NCBI GenBank assembly: GCA_965237955.1
Contig: OZ250169.1
Location: 1,216,001 to 1,280,000 of the forward strand
DNA: 64,000 nucleotides
Source of the DNA: Candidatus Marinacidobacterales bacterium
GTDB lineage: Bacteria > Acidobacteriota > Vicinamibacteria > Marinacidobacterales > SMYC01
Direction of reading: 5' to 3'
The notes under the pieces are model-generated. The model had not been told where the DNA came from. It made no database searches and saw only the letters and a list, made by a program, of their open reading frames with translations. The translations under genes and the position numbers were made by a program. Shown in pieces: positions 1-10,493 of the stretch. Each line of letters starts with the position of its first letter. The stretch's first letter is position 1.

Positions 1-2
1 GG

Positions 3-644
3 ATCGCGTACTGGCTTCTTCGAACCGGCGACGGGACTCCTGGTTATACAACCACGGTCGTCGCGTGGATTGTGGCGATGCTGGGGTGGCTACTGCTGGT
101 GATCTACGCCGGCCGTCGCGGTTTCTTCCTCACGCACACGCAATGGCTATCCAACCTCGTGGGGGTCGTCATCGTGGTGGCGTTCGCCACGGCAGTGTTC
201 GTAGCCATTCCGTCCGCGAGGGAAGGAGTTGCTCGTGCCGCAGCCGCGACGACCGACGGCGAGCTGGCCTCGATCCACATTCTTCGCCTGCTCGCCATCG
301 GAACGTTCATCAAGTACCTGCAGCGGCAGCTGCCGCTGCACTTCGTGATCTTGGGGGCCCTGCCGGACTTCCTATTTGCCGTAAGCGCCGTCGTCGTCAC
401 CTTCTTGGCGGGGAATGGTTTCCTGGGGCAGGAATTCCTCTTCGCCTGGCATTGGATTGGCTTCTCGCTATTCCTGGGTGCTGGTATCGCGATGTTTCTT
501 TCCGTGCCTTCACGATTTCGCATTTACCACAGCGATATCGACGCTTCAATCGTCTTCAGGTTTCCCATGCTCCTGGCTCCGAACTTCACCGTCCCTTTGT
601 TCATGCTGGCCCATGCCTTTGCCCTCGTGAAGCTGATCGAGTGA
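3..644 (+). CDS. Multi-pass membrane protein, 5' partial (frame open from window start)
   Basis: No stop between position 3 and TGA at 642-644; about 6 hydrophobic segments; no recognisable family motif. Confidence 0.6.
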   Translation: MAYWLLRTGDGTPGYTTTVVAWIVAMLGWLLLVIYAGRRGFFLTHTQWLSNLVGVVIVVAFATAVFVAIPSAREGVARAAAATTDGELASIHILRLLAIGTFIKYLQRQLPLHFVILGALPDFLFAVSAVVVTFLAGNGFLGQEFLFAWHWIGFSLFLGAGIAMFLSVPSRFRIYHSDIDASIVFRFPMLLAPNFTVPLFMLAHAFALVKLIE

Positions 645-653
645 GGCTGGCGT

Positions 654-1506
654 CTAGCTGATGGATGAGCCCGCGATTCGGGAGGGAGAGTGGAGACGAG
701 ACGCTGGCATCTTTTCCGGCGAAAGGCGCCACGCTGCGATCAGCCGGACTTCGCTCTGATCACAGGCGGCCTCCTTCTGGTCGCGGTCGTTCCGTTCCAC
801 GGCGCTCCCGTCCTTGAACTGAACTCCCGCACGAACCAGCGGCAGCAGGTGCGCTCCGTCCAGCTTGCGCCAGCGCTGCTGAGCCATAGCCAGGAGCTTG
901 AACGCCATCATCAACCCCTTGGTCGGGTTGCCTGCCCCCTTGGTCACACGCTGGCGTAGCCGTACAGTCGCAAACGCCGACTCGATCGGGTTCGTCGTGC
1001 GAAGGTGCTTCCAGTGCTCCGCCGGGAACTCGAAGAAGCTCAGCAGTCGCGCACGGTCCTTCTCAAGGCACTCGACCGCCTTCTCGTACTTCGGCGAGAA
1101 CTCGTCGACGAAGGCGTCGAACGACTCCTCCGCATCGTTCGTCGTCGCGGCATAGAGGATCTCGCGTAGCGCACGCCTCGCCTTTGGCTGCAGTCGTTTC
1201 GGCAGCTTGTCGAGCACGTTCGCCGTCTTGTGGCACCAGTCCAACTGCTCCTCAGTCTCGGGCCACACATCGCGAAGCGCCCTCCAGAAACCCAGAGCCC
1301 CATCCCCAATCGCCAGGAGCCTGCATGCCGCGGCGCTTTAGGTCCCGCAGCACCGACTGCCAGCTCTCCGTGCTCTCGCGGTAGCCATCGACCACCGTCA
1401 GCAGCTCCTTGGTCCCATCCTGCCGGGCTCCCAGCAGCACCAGCGTGCACAGCCGATCGTCCTCGAGACGGATGTTGAAGTGCACACCATCGGCCCACAC
1501 GTACAC
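654..1506 (-). pseudogene. IS256-family transposase, 5' truncated and frameshifted
   Basis: YVWADGVHFNIRLEDDRLCTLVLLG..DGTKELL..DGYRESTESW, then after a frameshift near 1300 WCHKTANVLDKLPK..EHWKHLRTTNPIESAFATVR. Confidence 0.9.
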
Positions 1507-1621
1507 GTAGTCACGGTTTCTCGACTCTCTTGATTGGGTTCATGCCATCTGCCAGCAGATTATCCCGGGAGGAGTAGCTTCGAAGTCATTCCGGGACATC
1601 TGATACCCACGAAGGAGTCCG

Positions 1622-2014
1622 ATGCGGACGATTCCTGACCGCGGCCAACACTTGACCAGGTTCTACGGTGCCTATGCGAACCGAATCCGAAAAGCGCTCT
1701 TCGAAGACGCGTCACCAGACGCTCCATCAAGCCCATCCAGCTCACCGCCTCCCTCAGAGACTGACCCAGCTTCCGCCGGCGCCCCGGCGAGTCGGGCTTG
1801 CTGGGCCCGTCTCATCCGAAAAGTCTTTGAAGTAGACCCGCTGATTTGCGCTCGATGCGGCGGGGAAATGAAAGTCATCGCCGTTCTCACCGAGCCCAAG
1901 GTCGTGGACAGAATCGTTCGACACCTTCAGGAAAAGGCCGAATCAGAGCGCGCTCCGCCTGGAGCCGCCCCGCAATCCCATCTGAGCTCCGAGGAGTCTG
2001 TTCCAGCGCGCTAG
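1622..2014 (+). pseudogene. IS91-like (Y2/HUH) transposase C-terminal remnant
   Basis: IPDRGQHLTRFYGAYAN and WARLIRKVFEVDPLICARCGGEMKVIA C-terminal motifs; N-terminal part absent. Confidence 0.75.
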
Positions 2015-2099
2015 CCAAGCTAGCGTAGCTAGAAGCGCCGCAAACCTCTAGCCCCCGTGCGCCTTCCGCCCCAGTTACCACCCCACAAAGTCCCTGACC

Positions 2100-2584
2100 G
2101 AGATTCTCGGCACGCCGTTTCGCCGAAGAACCTGGCCGGGCATCCGATCCAGGTCGTTCGAGCCTACTCCGGATCCCGATTGAACCTCTGCTCGGGGGCC
2201 GATACAATCTCCTACAGGTTAAAGCCATCGAGAAGCCTGCGCAATTCGAGATCCGCTTGCTGATACTCCATGACCGAAGCTTGGGAATTTCGAGCCTCGG
2301 TTGATCCAGTCATCCAAAAGGACTTCTTCGCCATGGACTTCTGCGGCACGCCCGATGGCACGAATGAAATTGTCCTCTGCCTGTGCATAGGCAAATCCGA
2401 AAGCGGCGGCGGCATCGGTCGGGCCGTACACATGGGCCACGCCGAAATCGTCGCGGTAGACGGTGACGGTTCGGGCGATCGACTCCAGCAGTTCGATGTC
2501 TTCGCTCTAGCGCGACGAGGTACCGCCGGCGCAGGTGAGACAAACAGCAGCCGACACCAGAAGGACTTCTCTCTTCGACAACAT
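2100..2584 (-). pseudogene. Penicillin acylase / Ntn-hydrolase family remnant
   Basis: GGAGG RBS + ATG at 2584, signal-like N-terminus, in-frame TAG, then TVTVYRDDFGVAHVYGPTDAAAAFGFAYAQAEDNF; frameshifted and truncated. Confidence 0.8.
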
Positions 2585-2706
2585 GGCTTACCTCCGACGT
2601 CCGACGTCCAATCTTCGAAGACCTTGTAACAGGAACAAGAAAACCAAAAACAGAGCTTATTCATTAGAATGACGTTTTACTTCGGTCTAAGGAGTCGATC
2701 CGAACC

Positions 2707-4038
2707 ATGGACCTCATCGCGACGATATCGGCCTGGATCTGGGGAACCCCCATGCTCGTCATTCTGGTTGGTGGGGGGCTCTGGCTCACCATCCGCCTGG
2801 ACTTTTTTACCATCCGATATCTCCCCTTCATCGTGAAGGAGACCTTCGGGAAGATATTCGCCAAGCCCCAGGGTGAAGGGACCATCACGCCATTTCAAGC
2901 CGCCTGTTCCGCACTTGCCTCCACCATCGGTGGTTCCAACATCGTCGGCGTTCCCGTGGCGATTGCCTTCGGTGGACCGGGAGCGGTGTTTTGGATGTGG
3001 GTCACCGCCATCATCGGCTCGGCCACAAAGTTCTCCGAGGTGACGCTGGGCATCGAGTATCGAGAGAAAAACGAAGAGGGCCATTTCGTCGGTGGTCCCA
3101 TGTACTACCTCAGAAAAGGACTGCGCTTTCGCTTCTTGGGGACGATCTATGCCTTCTTTCTCATGGTCGAGCTCATTCCCTCCATTTCGACTCAAACCGT
3201 CAGTGTGGCTCAAACCGCGGCGAGCATCGGGATCCCCAACCTGGCGACCGGCATCACCATGACCTTCATCGTGGGATTGGTGGTGATTGGCGGGATCAAA
3301 AGAATCGCGCAGGTGGCGGAGCGATTGGTTCCCTTCATGGCCCTCTTGTATTTCCTGGCCGCTCTGGTCATTGTTTTCATCAATATCACCAAGCTGCCGG
3401 GTGTCATCCTTATGATATTCGAGCACGCTTTCACCCCCATGGCGGCGACGGGTGGATTTGCGGGCTCGGCTCTTCCCGCGACCGTGAGGTGGGGTGTGGC
3501 GCGAGGGTGCTATTCCAACGAGGCGGGCATGGGCACGGCTTCCATCGCTCACGCCGCCGCGGTCACGGATCATCCCGCCCGCCAGGCTTTGTGGGGAGTT
3601 TTTGAAGTCATCGTCGACACGGTCATCTTGTGCACCACGACCGCTTTCGTCGTGCTCGTCACCGACGTTTGGAGGCAGGTGCCGGCTGCTCAGGCGGCTT
3701 CCATGCCTGCGAAGGCGTTCCAGCAGTACTTGGGTCAGAGCCTCGGAGGCGGTGCGGTAACCATCTGCTTGTTTCTGTTCGTCATCTCCACAATCATCGT
3801 GGTCACTTATTACGGGGAAAAGCAGGCGGAGTATCTCTTTGGCACCCGGTTTTCCATATTTATGAGATTCGTTTATCTGGGGGCTATCTTGGTGGGATCC
3901 GTCATGAATCTGGAGCTTCTGTATCAATTCCTCGACATCTTCTTGGCCACTATCGTGATTCCCAACGTCATCGGCCTCGTGCTCATGTCGGGGCGAGTCA
4001 AAAAGGTCAAGGACGATTTTCTGGGTAGATTGGCCTGA
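2707..4038 (+). CDS. Sodium:alanine/glycine symporter (AGCS family)
   Basis: ITPFQAACSALASTIGGSNIVGV, GGPGAVFWMW, GGPMYYL, GVARGCYSNEAGMGTA; AAGGAG RBS. Confidence 0.93.
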   Translation: MDLIATISAWIWGTPMLVILVGGGLWLTIRLDFFTIRYLPFIVKETFGKIFAKPQGEGTITPFQAACSALASTIGGSNIVGVPVAIAFGGPGAVFWMWVTAIIGSATKFSEVTLGIEYREKNEEGHFVGGPMYYLRKGLRFRFLGTIYAFFLMVELIPSISTQTVSVAQTAASIGIPNLATGITMTFIVGLVVIGGIKRIAQVAERLVPFMALLYFLAALVIVFINITKLPGVILMIFEHAFTPMAATGGFAGSALPATVRWGVARGCYSNEAGMGTASIAHAAAVTDHPARQALWGVFEVIVDTVILCTTTAFVVLVTDVWRQVPAAQAASMPAKAFQQYLGQSLGGGAVTICLFLFVISTIIVVTYYGEKQAEYLFGTRFSIFMRFVYLGAILVGSVMNLELLYQFLDIFLATIVIPNVIGLVLMSGRVKKVKDDFLGRLA

Positions 4039-4416
4039 GTTTAGCTGCTTCGGTGGATGCTCATGACCCGTCCCCGTCTGGTCAAAATACTCGAATGCCC
4101 AGTGGGTCAGCACGTTCGAAGCGCCTCCATCGCTCGCAGCCGTTTGAAACCGACGCCCTGGTCGGGTACCTACTCCAGTTCCGGGAGGAGACACGATGAA
4201 CTGGAAGACAATGCTGGCCTACATCACGGGATCGGTTGATCAGGAGTTGCTCCTGCGGAACGAGTACCTTGTGGCCGAGAATGGAATTCTGCGAAGTCAG
4301 ATTCAGGGTCGTTTGCGCCTGACCGATCGCCTGGCGCTGGGTGAAATCAGCCAAGGACGAGTGTCTCTCGAAACTCATGCTATTCGGTGAGAGGTTGCTT
4401 CGCCTGGCGCTGAAGG

Positions 4417-4575
4417 TGCGTATTCCGGGGCATCGTGAACGCAGATTCCAGCCGAAGGTGAACATCCATTCCAAAGCATCGTGAACACGGATTCCGGGGA
4501 TCGTGAACATCGATTCCGGGGAAGGTGAACACGGATTCCAGGCAACGTGAACGCCGGTTCCGGCATCGCGAACGC
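4417..4575 (+). repeat. IS21 left-end array of about 23-bp imperfect direct repeats (transposase binding sites)
   Basis: About 7 copies of ATTCCnggnnnnnGTGAACn; inverted copies at about 7170-7238. Confidence 0.85.
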
Positions 4576-4636
4576 TCATCGATAGCACGTTTCAAGGCAA
4601 CTCTAGGTCGTACCCGGAAGGAGGACGATCTAGGAA

Positions 4637-6072
4637 ATGGCAGCTAAGAGGGTATCGATGAGAAAAATACGAGAGGTTCTAAGGTTAAAGTACGAGCTGG
4701 GTTTTACTCACCGCATGATCGCAAAGGCACTTCGCGTGGCGGTTGGAACGGTGAGTGAGTACCTGGCCAAGGCGAAGAAGGGTGGTCTGAGCTGGCCGCT
4801 CCCGGAGGAGCTGAGCGAAGGGGAGCTGGAGGCAGGGCTGTTTCCGCCGCCGGGCTCGTCTGGCGCACGGCCGGGTCTGGACTATGCCCACATCCACGAG
4901 GAGCTGAGGCGTCACCGAGAGCTGACGTTGCTGCAGCTGTGGGTGGAGTACGCGGAGAATAAGCCGGGAGCGTACGGCTACAGCCGTTATTGCGAGCTGT
5001 ACGGTCAATGGAGCTGTTCGTCGGGACGTTGGGCGCGAGCAGTTACACCTACGTCGAAGCGACACTGAACCAGTCGCTGGAATCGTGGGCGAAGGCCCAT
5101 AAGGGGATGTCGGATTACTTCGGTGGCAGTACGGAGATCTGGGTTCCGGACAACTTGAAGAGCGGCGTGGATTTGGTGGACCGTTACGAGCCAGGGATCA
5201 ACCGGACGTACGAAGAGCTGGCGACGCATTACGGTGCGGTTGTGGTCCCGGCTCGGGTGTTCAAGCCGAAAGACAAAGCGAAGGTGGAGTCGGCAGTGCA
5301 GGTGGCGCAGCGCTGGATCCTGGCGGTGCTTCGTCATCGCACGTTCTTCAGCCTGGCGGAACTGAACGAAGCCATCTGGGAGAAGTTAGAGGTCCTGAAT
5401 GCGCGTCCGATGCAGAAGCTCGGTGTGAGTCGGCGGGAGTTGTACGAAAGGCTAGACCGGCCCGTACTGAAACCGCTACCGCAGGAGAGCTACGAGTTAT
5501 CGACGTGGAAGCGGTGCAGAGTGAACATCGACTACCACGTGGAGGTGGAGAACAACTTGTACAGCGTTCCCTATCAGCTCATTCACGAGAAAGTCGAGGC
5601 ACGGGTGACTGCCTCGGTGGTGGAGGTCCTGTTCAAGGGAAAGCGCGTCGCGTCGCATCCCCGCAAGAAAGGAAAGGGGCACTACTCCACGAACCCGGAG
5701 CATATGCCACGTTCGCATCGGGAGCACCTGGAGTGGACGCCGTCGCGGCTGCTCCACTGGGCGGAGCAGTCAGGTCGCGCCACGGGAAGGCTGGTTGCGG
5801 GGATTCTAGAGAGTCGGCCTCACCCGGAGCAGGGATTTCGCTCTTGCCTGGGAGTCATGCGACTAGGCAGCCGCTGGGGCAGTGAGCGTCTCGAGGCCGC
5901 TTGCGCACGAGCGGAAGCTTTGAGCTCTTACAGCTATCGCACGGTGAAAAACATTCTCTCGGCTGGTCTGGATCGTGTGGTGCTCGAATCGGACGCCGAA
6001 GCGAAACCGCGAGAGGAGCACGAGAACATCCGAGGCGCGGATCACTACGAAGGAGGAGAGTCCCGATGCTGA
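4637..6072 (+). pseudogene. istA: IS21 transposase IstA with internal deletion/frameshift near 5010
   Basis: HTH MRKIREVLRLK..YGYSRYCELYGQW joins out of frame to ELFVGTLGASSYTY..VPDNLKS..PKDKAKVE; the segment that usually carries the first catalytic Asp is missing. Confidence 0.85.
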
Positions 6073-6824
6073 CACCCGAAACGATAGAAAAGATGAACGC
6101 CATGAAGTTGTTCGGCTTGGTGTCCGCGTTCGAAACCCAGTTGAGCTCGAGCGAATACAAGGAGCTGAGCTTCGAGGAACGTGTGGGACTCCTGGTCGAT
6201 GCCGAGTGGACCGCCCGCGAACAGCGTAAGCTTTCTCGACGACTGCGAGCGGCAAAGCTCCGCTATCCGGCATGTTTGGAGAACGTGAACTTCCAAGCGC
6301 CTCGAGGCTTAAACCGCGAACAGATCTTGAGCCTGGGCAACTGCCGCTTTGTCGGTGAGCGCCATAACCTGCTCATCACCGGCCCGACGGGGATTGGCAA
6401 ATCGTTCTTGGCTTGCGCCTTCGTGGAGCGGGCCTGTCGTCGCGGCTTCACCGGATGCTACGTGCGAGCACCGCGCTTGCTCCACGAGCTCGCGGTCGCT
6501 CGTGGTGATGGTTCCTACGCCCGGCTTTTGACGAAACTCGCCAAGCTGGACTTACTGGCTATCGATGATTGGCTGCTTCACCCGCTGAAAGAATCGGAGA
6601 GACGGGATCTAATGGAGGTCATCGAAGACCGCGCCGAGCGTGGCTCCACACTCATCGCGACCCAGATTCCGCTCAAGCAGTGGCACGAAGCGATTGGCGA
6701 CCCAAACCAGGCAGACGCTATCTGCGATCGCATTCTCCACAGCGCGCACCGCATCACTCTCAAAGGAGCTTCTCTGAGAAAGACCAAGGCTGCGCCAAAG
6801 GCATTTGACAACGCCGATGCATGA
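6066..6824 (+). CDS. istB: IS21 helper AAA+ ATPase IstB
   Basis: ATG at 6066 overlapping the istA stop; Walker A GPTGIGKS; Walker B LLAIDDW; ADAICDRILH. Confidence 0.95.
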   Translation: MLTPETIEKMNAMKLFGLVSAFETQLSSSEYKELSFEERVGLLVDAEWTAREQRKLSRRLRAAKLRYPACLENVNFQAPRGLNREQILSLGNCRFVGERHNLLITGPTGIGKSFLACAFVERACRRGFTGCYVRAPRLLHELAVARGDGSYARLLTKLAKLDLLAIDDWLLHPLKESERRDLMEVIEDRAERGSTLIATQIPLKQWHEAIGDPNQADAICDRILHSAHRITLKGASLRKTKAAPKAFDNADA

Positions 6825-7485
6825 GCGAGCGAGGGACCACAGCGTCGATGCGATAAAAACGGGTGAAACCGCCAAACCCGGGGTACCAGACGATGCGGCG
6901 CCAAAACGACGCGCGAGAATGCCTCAGGAAGCGTCTTCTCGAGCCAGGCCATACCCCAGCAACCCCCCGAAACCAGCCCCACATCGCCCGGGGTTCGGCC
7001 GCGGCAGGTCGCTGCCTACGGGAGCGGGAAGGTCGCTTCGCGTCTTTCCTTACGCCCGCTCCCTCCGGCACCGACCTGCCGCCCCTTGCTACACAACACG
7101 CAGGTAAGATAGGTTCACGTTTTCAATCAGTGGGAAGGAGGTCACCCAACACTTCATCGCTTCGATGAGCGTTCGGCTTCACCGGATTCGCTGTTCAGCT
7201 TGCTCTGGATTCGGCGTTCACGATGGCTGGAATACGCACGGAAGGAGTACGTCACCCACCATCACCACGAGAGGAATCATCAAGGAAAGGGCAATTTAGT
7301 GTTATTCCCGGCCAGCGAAAAAGGATGTCGGGCCGAGAGCGCGATTCGATGTCGGGAGCGGCTCGGCGGGCTGCTCCGTTTCTACCATTGCGAAGCCGCA
7401 TGAGTTTTTTGACCACACGGGAAGTTATTGTCGCTCACGCGGTTGTCACTCTACCCCGATTCGCCATCAGGGTTATATTGACACC

Positions 7486-9024
7486 ATGCAATCTCGTACA
7501 GCCCTCACCTTCGCAACGTTCGTCCTGGCCGCCACGCCGCTCGCGGCCCAAAAGCTCGACCGCACGCGCTTGGGTGACTTGGCCGAAGCTCAAGTCGAGC
7601 CGGCGCTACGGAACTTTCGAGAGTATTTGAGCCTTCCCAACGACGCACATTTTCCCGAAGACATCCGGAAGGTGTTGGATTGGATGGAAGCCGCGCTGAA
7701 CGCGCGCGGATTCGAGACGAGCGAGCTCGATACCGGCGGCATCCCTCTGCTCTTGGCCGAGCGCACGTTCGACGGCGCAGACCGCACCGTGCTCATCTAC
7801 CTGCAAGCCGACGGGCAGCCGGTCGACCCTTCGGCATGGGAACAGGAGAACCCGTACGTCCCCGTTTTGAAACAGGAGTTCGCTGACGGTGAACGGCGCG
7901 CCATCGAGTGGAACCGACTCGAAAGCGCCCAACGCGATAACGACTGGCGCATCTTCGCCCGCTCCGCCTCCGACTCCAAGGGACCGAACGTGCAGTTCCT
8001 CGCGGCCCTCGATGCGATGGAGGCCGGAGACGTCACCCCCGACTTCAATATCAAGGTCATCGTCGACGCCGAAGAGGAGCTGGGATCGCCGCACCTTCCT
8101 CCCGCGGTCGAGCGTTACCGGGACGCGCTCGCGGCCGACATGCTGCTCATTCTGGACGGACCTCCGCACATCTCCGGCCGCCCGACGTTGAAGTTCGGCG
8201 CTCGCGGCATCGCCGCGTTCACCCTGACGGTGTTCGGACCGCGCGTTCCCGTCCACAGCGGTCACTACGGAAATTACGCGCCCAACCCGGCGCTCGGCCT
8301 CGCCGAAATCCTCGCTTCGATGAAAGACGAGCATGGGCGCGTGACCATCGACGGTTTCTACGACGGCGTCGAGCTCGGCGATGACACCAAGGCAATCCTG
8401 GAGGCGGTGCCCGACGACGAGGATTTCATCCACGATTGGCTCGGGATCGCGTCCCCAGACCAAGTCGGTGGCAGCTTGCAAGAGGCCGTCCAATATCCGT
8501 CGCTCAACATCCGCGGCATGTCGTCGGGTTGGGTCGGCGACGAGCGCCGAACGATCATACCTGCCACCGCCGTCGCGGAAGTCGATGTGCGTCTCGTCGT
8601 CGAGAGCAATCCCGAACGACTCCTGAACCTGATCCGTCGTCACATCGAAGCGCAGGGTTTCTATGTGATCGATCGCCCACCGACGGAAGACGAGCGTACG
8701 ACGCACGTGAAGATCGCCTCGTTCACGTCGGAGATTTCTTATCGGGCGTTCCGCACCGATTTCGACTCCGTGCCCGGTGTATGGCTTGCAGCGGCGATGA
8801 AACATCTCTACGGAGAGGAGCCCATCCGCATCCGCACCTCTGGAGGGTCCATTCCCATCTCGCCGTTCGTGGTCACTCTCGGGATCCCCGCCGTCGGGGT
8901 GCCCACGGTGAACCCCGACAACAATCAACACAGCCCGAACGAGAACATCAAGCTAGGAAGCTTTGTCGAGGGCATCCGGGTGATACTGACAGTGCTCTCC
9001 CAGGACCTGCCAGCAGGCCGTTAA
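7486..9024 (+). CDS. Secreted M20/M25/M40 family metallo-hydrolase
   Basis: Signal peptide; DGQPVD, ARSASDSKG, DAEEELGS, HSGHYGN, NNQHSPNEN. Confidence 0.9.
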   Translation: MQSRTALTFATFVLAATPLAAQKLDRTRLGDLAEAQVEPALRNFREYLSLPNDAHFPEDIRKVLDWMEAALNARGFETSELDTGGIPLLLAERTFDGADRTVLIYLQADGQPVDPSAWEQENPYVPVLKQEFADGERRAIEWNRLESAQRDNDWRIFARSASDSKGPNVQFLAALDAMEAGDVTPDFNIKVIVDAEEELGSPHLPPAVERYRDALAADMLLILDGPPHISGRPTLKFGARGIAAFTLTVFGPRVPVHSGHYGNYAPNPALGLAEILASMKDEHGRVTIDGFYDGVELGDDTKAILEAVPDDEDFIHDWLGIASPDQVGGSLQEAVQYPSLNIRGMSSGWVGDERRTIIPATAVAEVDVRLVVESNPERLLNLIRRHIEAQGFYVIDRPPTEDERTTHVKIASFTSEISYRAFRTDFDSVPGVWLAAAMKHLYGEEPIRIRTSGGSIPISPFVVTLGIPAVGVPTVNPDNNQHSPNENIKLGSFVEGIRVILTVLSQDLPAGR

Positions 9025-9028
9025 AACG

Positions 9029-9430
9029 TTGAGAATTCTCTACTGTGTCGTCGGTGAGCGGATGGGTCACGCGACCCGTAGCGCCGTCGTCTTGTCTCAC
9101 CTCGTATCGGCCGACACGAGATCCGAGTCGTCGTGTCCGGGCGGGCCCACGGCTTTCTCGAGGAACGATTTGGTAAAGAGAACTCGCTTAGCGTCGAAGA
9201 GATCGACGGGCTGACGCTGCGCTATTTCGGAAGCCGTCTCGACCGCGCCGGAAGCTTGTTCTGGAACTTGCGCTCCGCACCCAAAGCGGTCCGCAAGAAC
9301 ATCAAGGTCTATGGCAAAGTAGCCGAGGACGGATTCCGTCCCGAGCTCGTCATTAGCGACTTCGAATCCTTCGCGGCACTGTACGCTCTTCGCCATCGTC
9401 TGCCGGTCGTGAGCATCGAGAACATACAGG
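9029..9430 (+). pseudogene. Glycosyltransferase (MJ1255/VC2487-like) N-terminal remnant, frameshifted
   Basis: MRILYCVVGERMGHATRS, then in another frame SGRAHGFL..PELVISDFESFAALYA..LPVVSIEN; truncated. Confidence 0.75.
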
Positions 9431-9638
9431 AAAGGATAGGAAAAATCATAGCTTCGCTAATGGGTGCCTGTGGCAATTTTCGCAGGGTGCATGAGAGAAG
9501 GTTCCATTTCAGTACCTCGTGGAGCATACCAAAAGCCCAAGAGCGGTAGAAGCGACGTGTTCGCCCATTTTCCATCTCGACAAAGAGCTGGGTCGATGAT
9601 AAAAGAACGCTCACATTTTTACCGGAGGAGGCAAAGCG

Positions 9639-10493
9639 ATGCGCAATCTAATCTTTCTCATGAGTCTTGCTTTACTCGTCGGCTGCCAACCGGCGGCGGA
9701 GGCGGCGTCGGATGCAGCAACCAAAGACGCGGCCTCGGCCGACGCTGCCACCGACCCCACGGTATCCGAGCCCGCCAACTACAAAGTTGAGTTCGAGAAT
9801 GACCACGTGCGAGCGGTTCGAATCACGTACGCCGCCGGCGAAGAAACCGGAATGCACTCGCATCCCGCCTCGGTGTCGGTCTTTTTGACGGACGCCGAAG
9901 GCGTGCTTGCCATGGAGGACGGGAGTGAAGTGGAGTTCAACAACAAGGCCGGCGACTCGATGTTGATGGACGCGCAGAGCCACCAGCCCCGAGCGAAAAC
10001 GGACTTCGAGCTGATCCAGATCGAGCTCAAGGGCAGCGGTGGCGAAGCCGAGGCGGCACAGGAAGAGGTGTCCGGCGAGTCGGATGCGACCCAGGTGGAG
10101 CCGGATCACTACAAAGCGGTCCTCGAGAACGACCACGTGCGGGTAGTGCGCATTACGTATGGCGCCGGCGAGGAGGGCGCTCGTCACTCGCATCCGAACG
10201 GAGTGTTGGTTTATCTCAACGACGGCTCGTCAGAGCTTATCCTCGAGGACGGGACGAAACGCGAGGCTAGTCCCCTGTATCAGAACAAACTAGATAAAGC
10301 AGAGCTTGCCGAAACCCTTCTAAGTGCATGAATCTTATGAATATTATGGGCTGGCGAAAAGCCTAACTTTGTATAGTAATCAAAGATCCATGGGACTAGC
10401 TTCAAAGCCGGTGACACCGGGTGGGCTCCGGCGGAGACTCACCACGGCAAGGCCATAACCGACATCGATGCCATCCTGGTCGAGCTAAAGTAA
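9639..10493 (+). pseudogene. Tandem-cupin lipoprotein interrupted by a MITE
   Basis: Lipobox LVGC; two repeats YKV(E/L)ENDHVR.VRITY.AGEE...HSHP; removing 10267-10399 (keeping one CTAG) restores ..KREASFKAGDTGWAPAETHHGKAITDIDAILVELK* (stop 10491-10493). Confidence 0.85.
10267..10399. mobile_element. 133-bp MITE, copy 1 (IS630-related)
   Basis: CTAGTCCC...GGGACTAG ends; AT-rich; near-identical inverted copy at 52551-52683. Confidence 0.9.

Larger units (their letters stand above)
4417..7238 (+). mobile_element. IS21-family insertion sequence
   Basis: Ends TGCGTATTCC...GGAATACGCA; multiple subterminal ATTCC..GTGAAC repeats; flanking CTGAAGG/CGGAAGG (7-bp target duplication, 1 mismatch); istA and istB inside. 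Confidence 0.93.
4073..7421 (+). mobile_element. Internally deleted rve-integrase/DDE-type element (outer element), interrupted by IS21
   Basis: Terminal IRs CCCGTCTGGTCAAAATACTC (4073) / GAGTTTTTTGACCACACGGG (ends 7421); N-terminus MNWKTMLAYITGSVDQELLLRNEYL; C-terminus WVKSAKDECLSKLMLFGERLLRLALK|EYVTHHHHERNHQGKGN..RERLGGLLRFY. Confidence 0.8.

Noticed and set aside
2677-4194. Long antisense ORFs (also 7606-8931, 10885-11901, 17895-18968, 19187-20182, 23045-24160, 55582-56526)
   Set aside because: Shadow frames of real GC-rich genes, with no recognisable motifs
4417-4575. Regularly spaced repeats resembling a CRISPR array
   Set aside because: Period about 23 bp with no unique spacers, no cas genes, and mirrored at the other IS21 end; these are transposase binding sites
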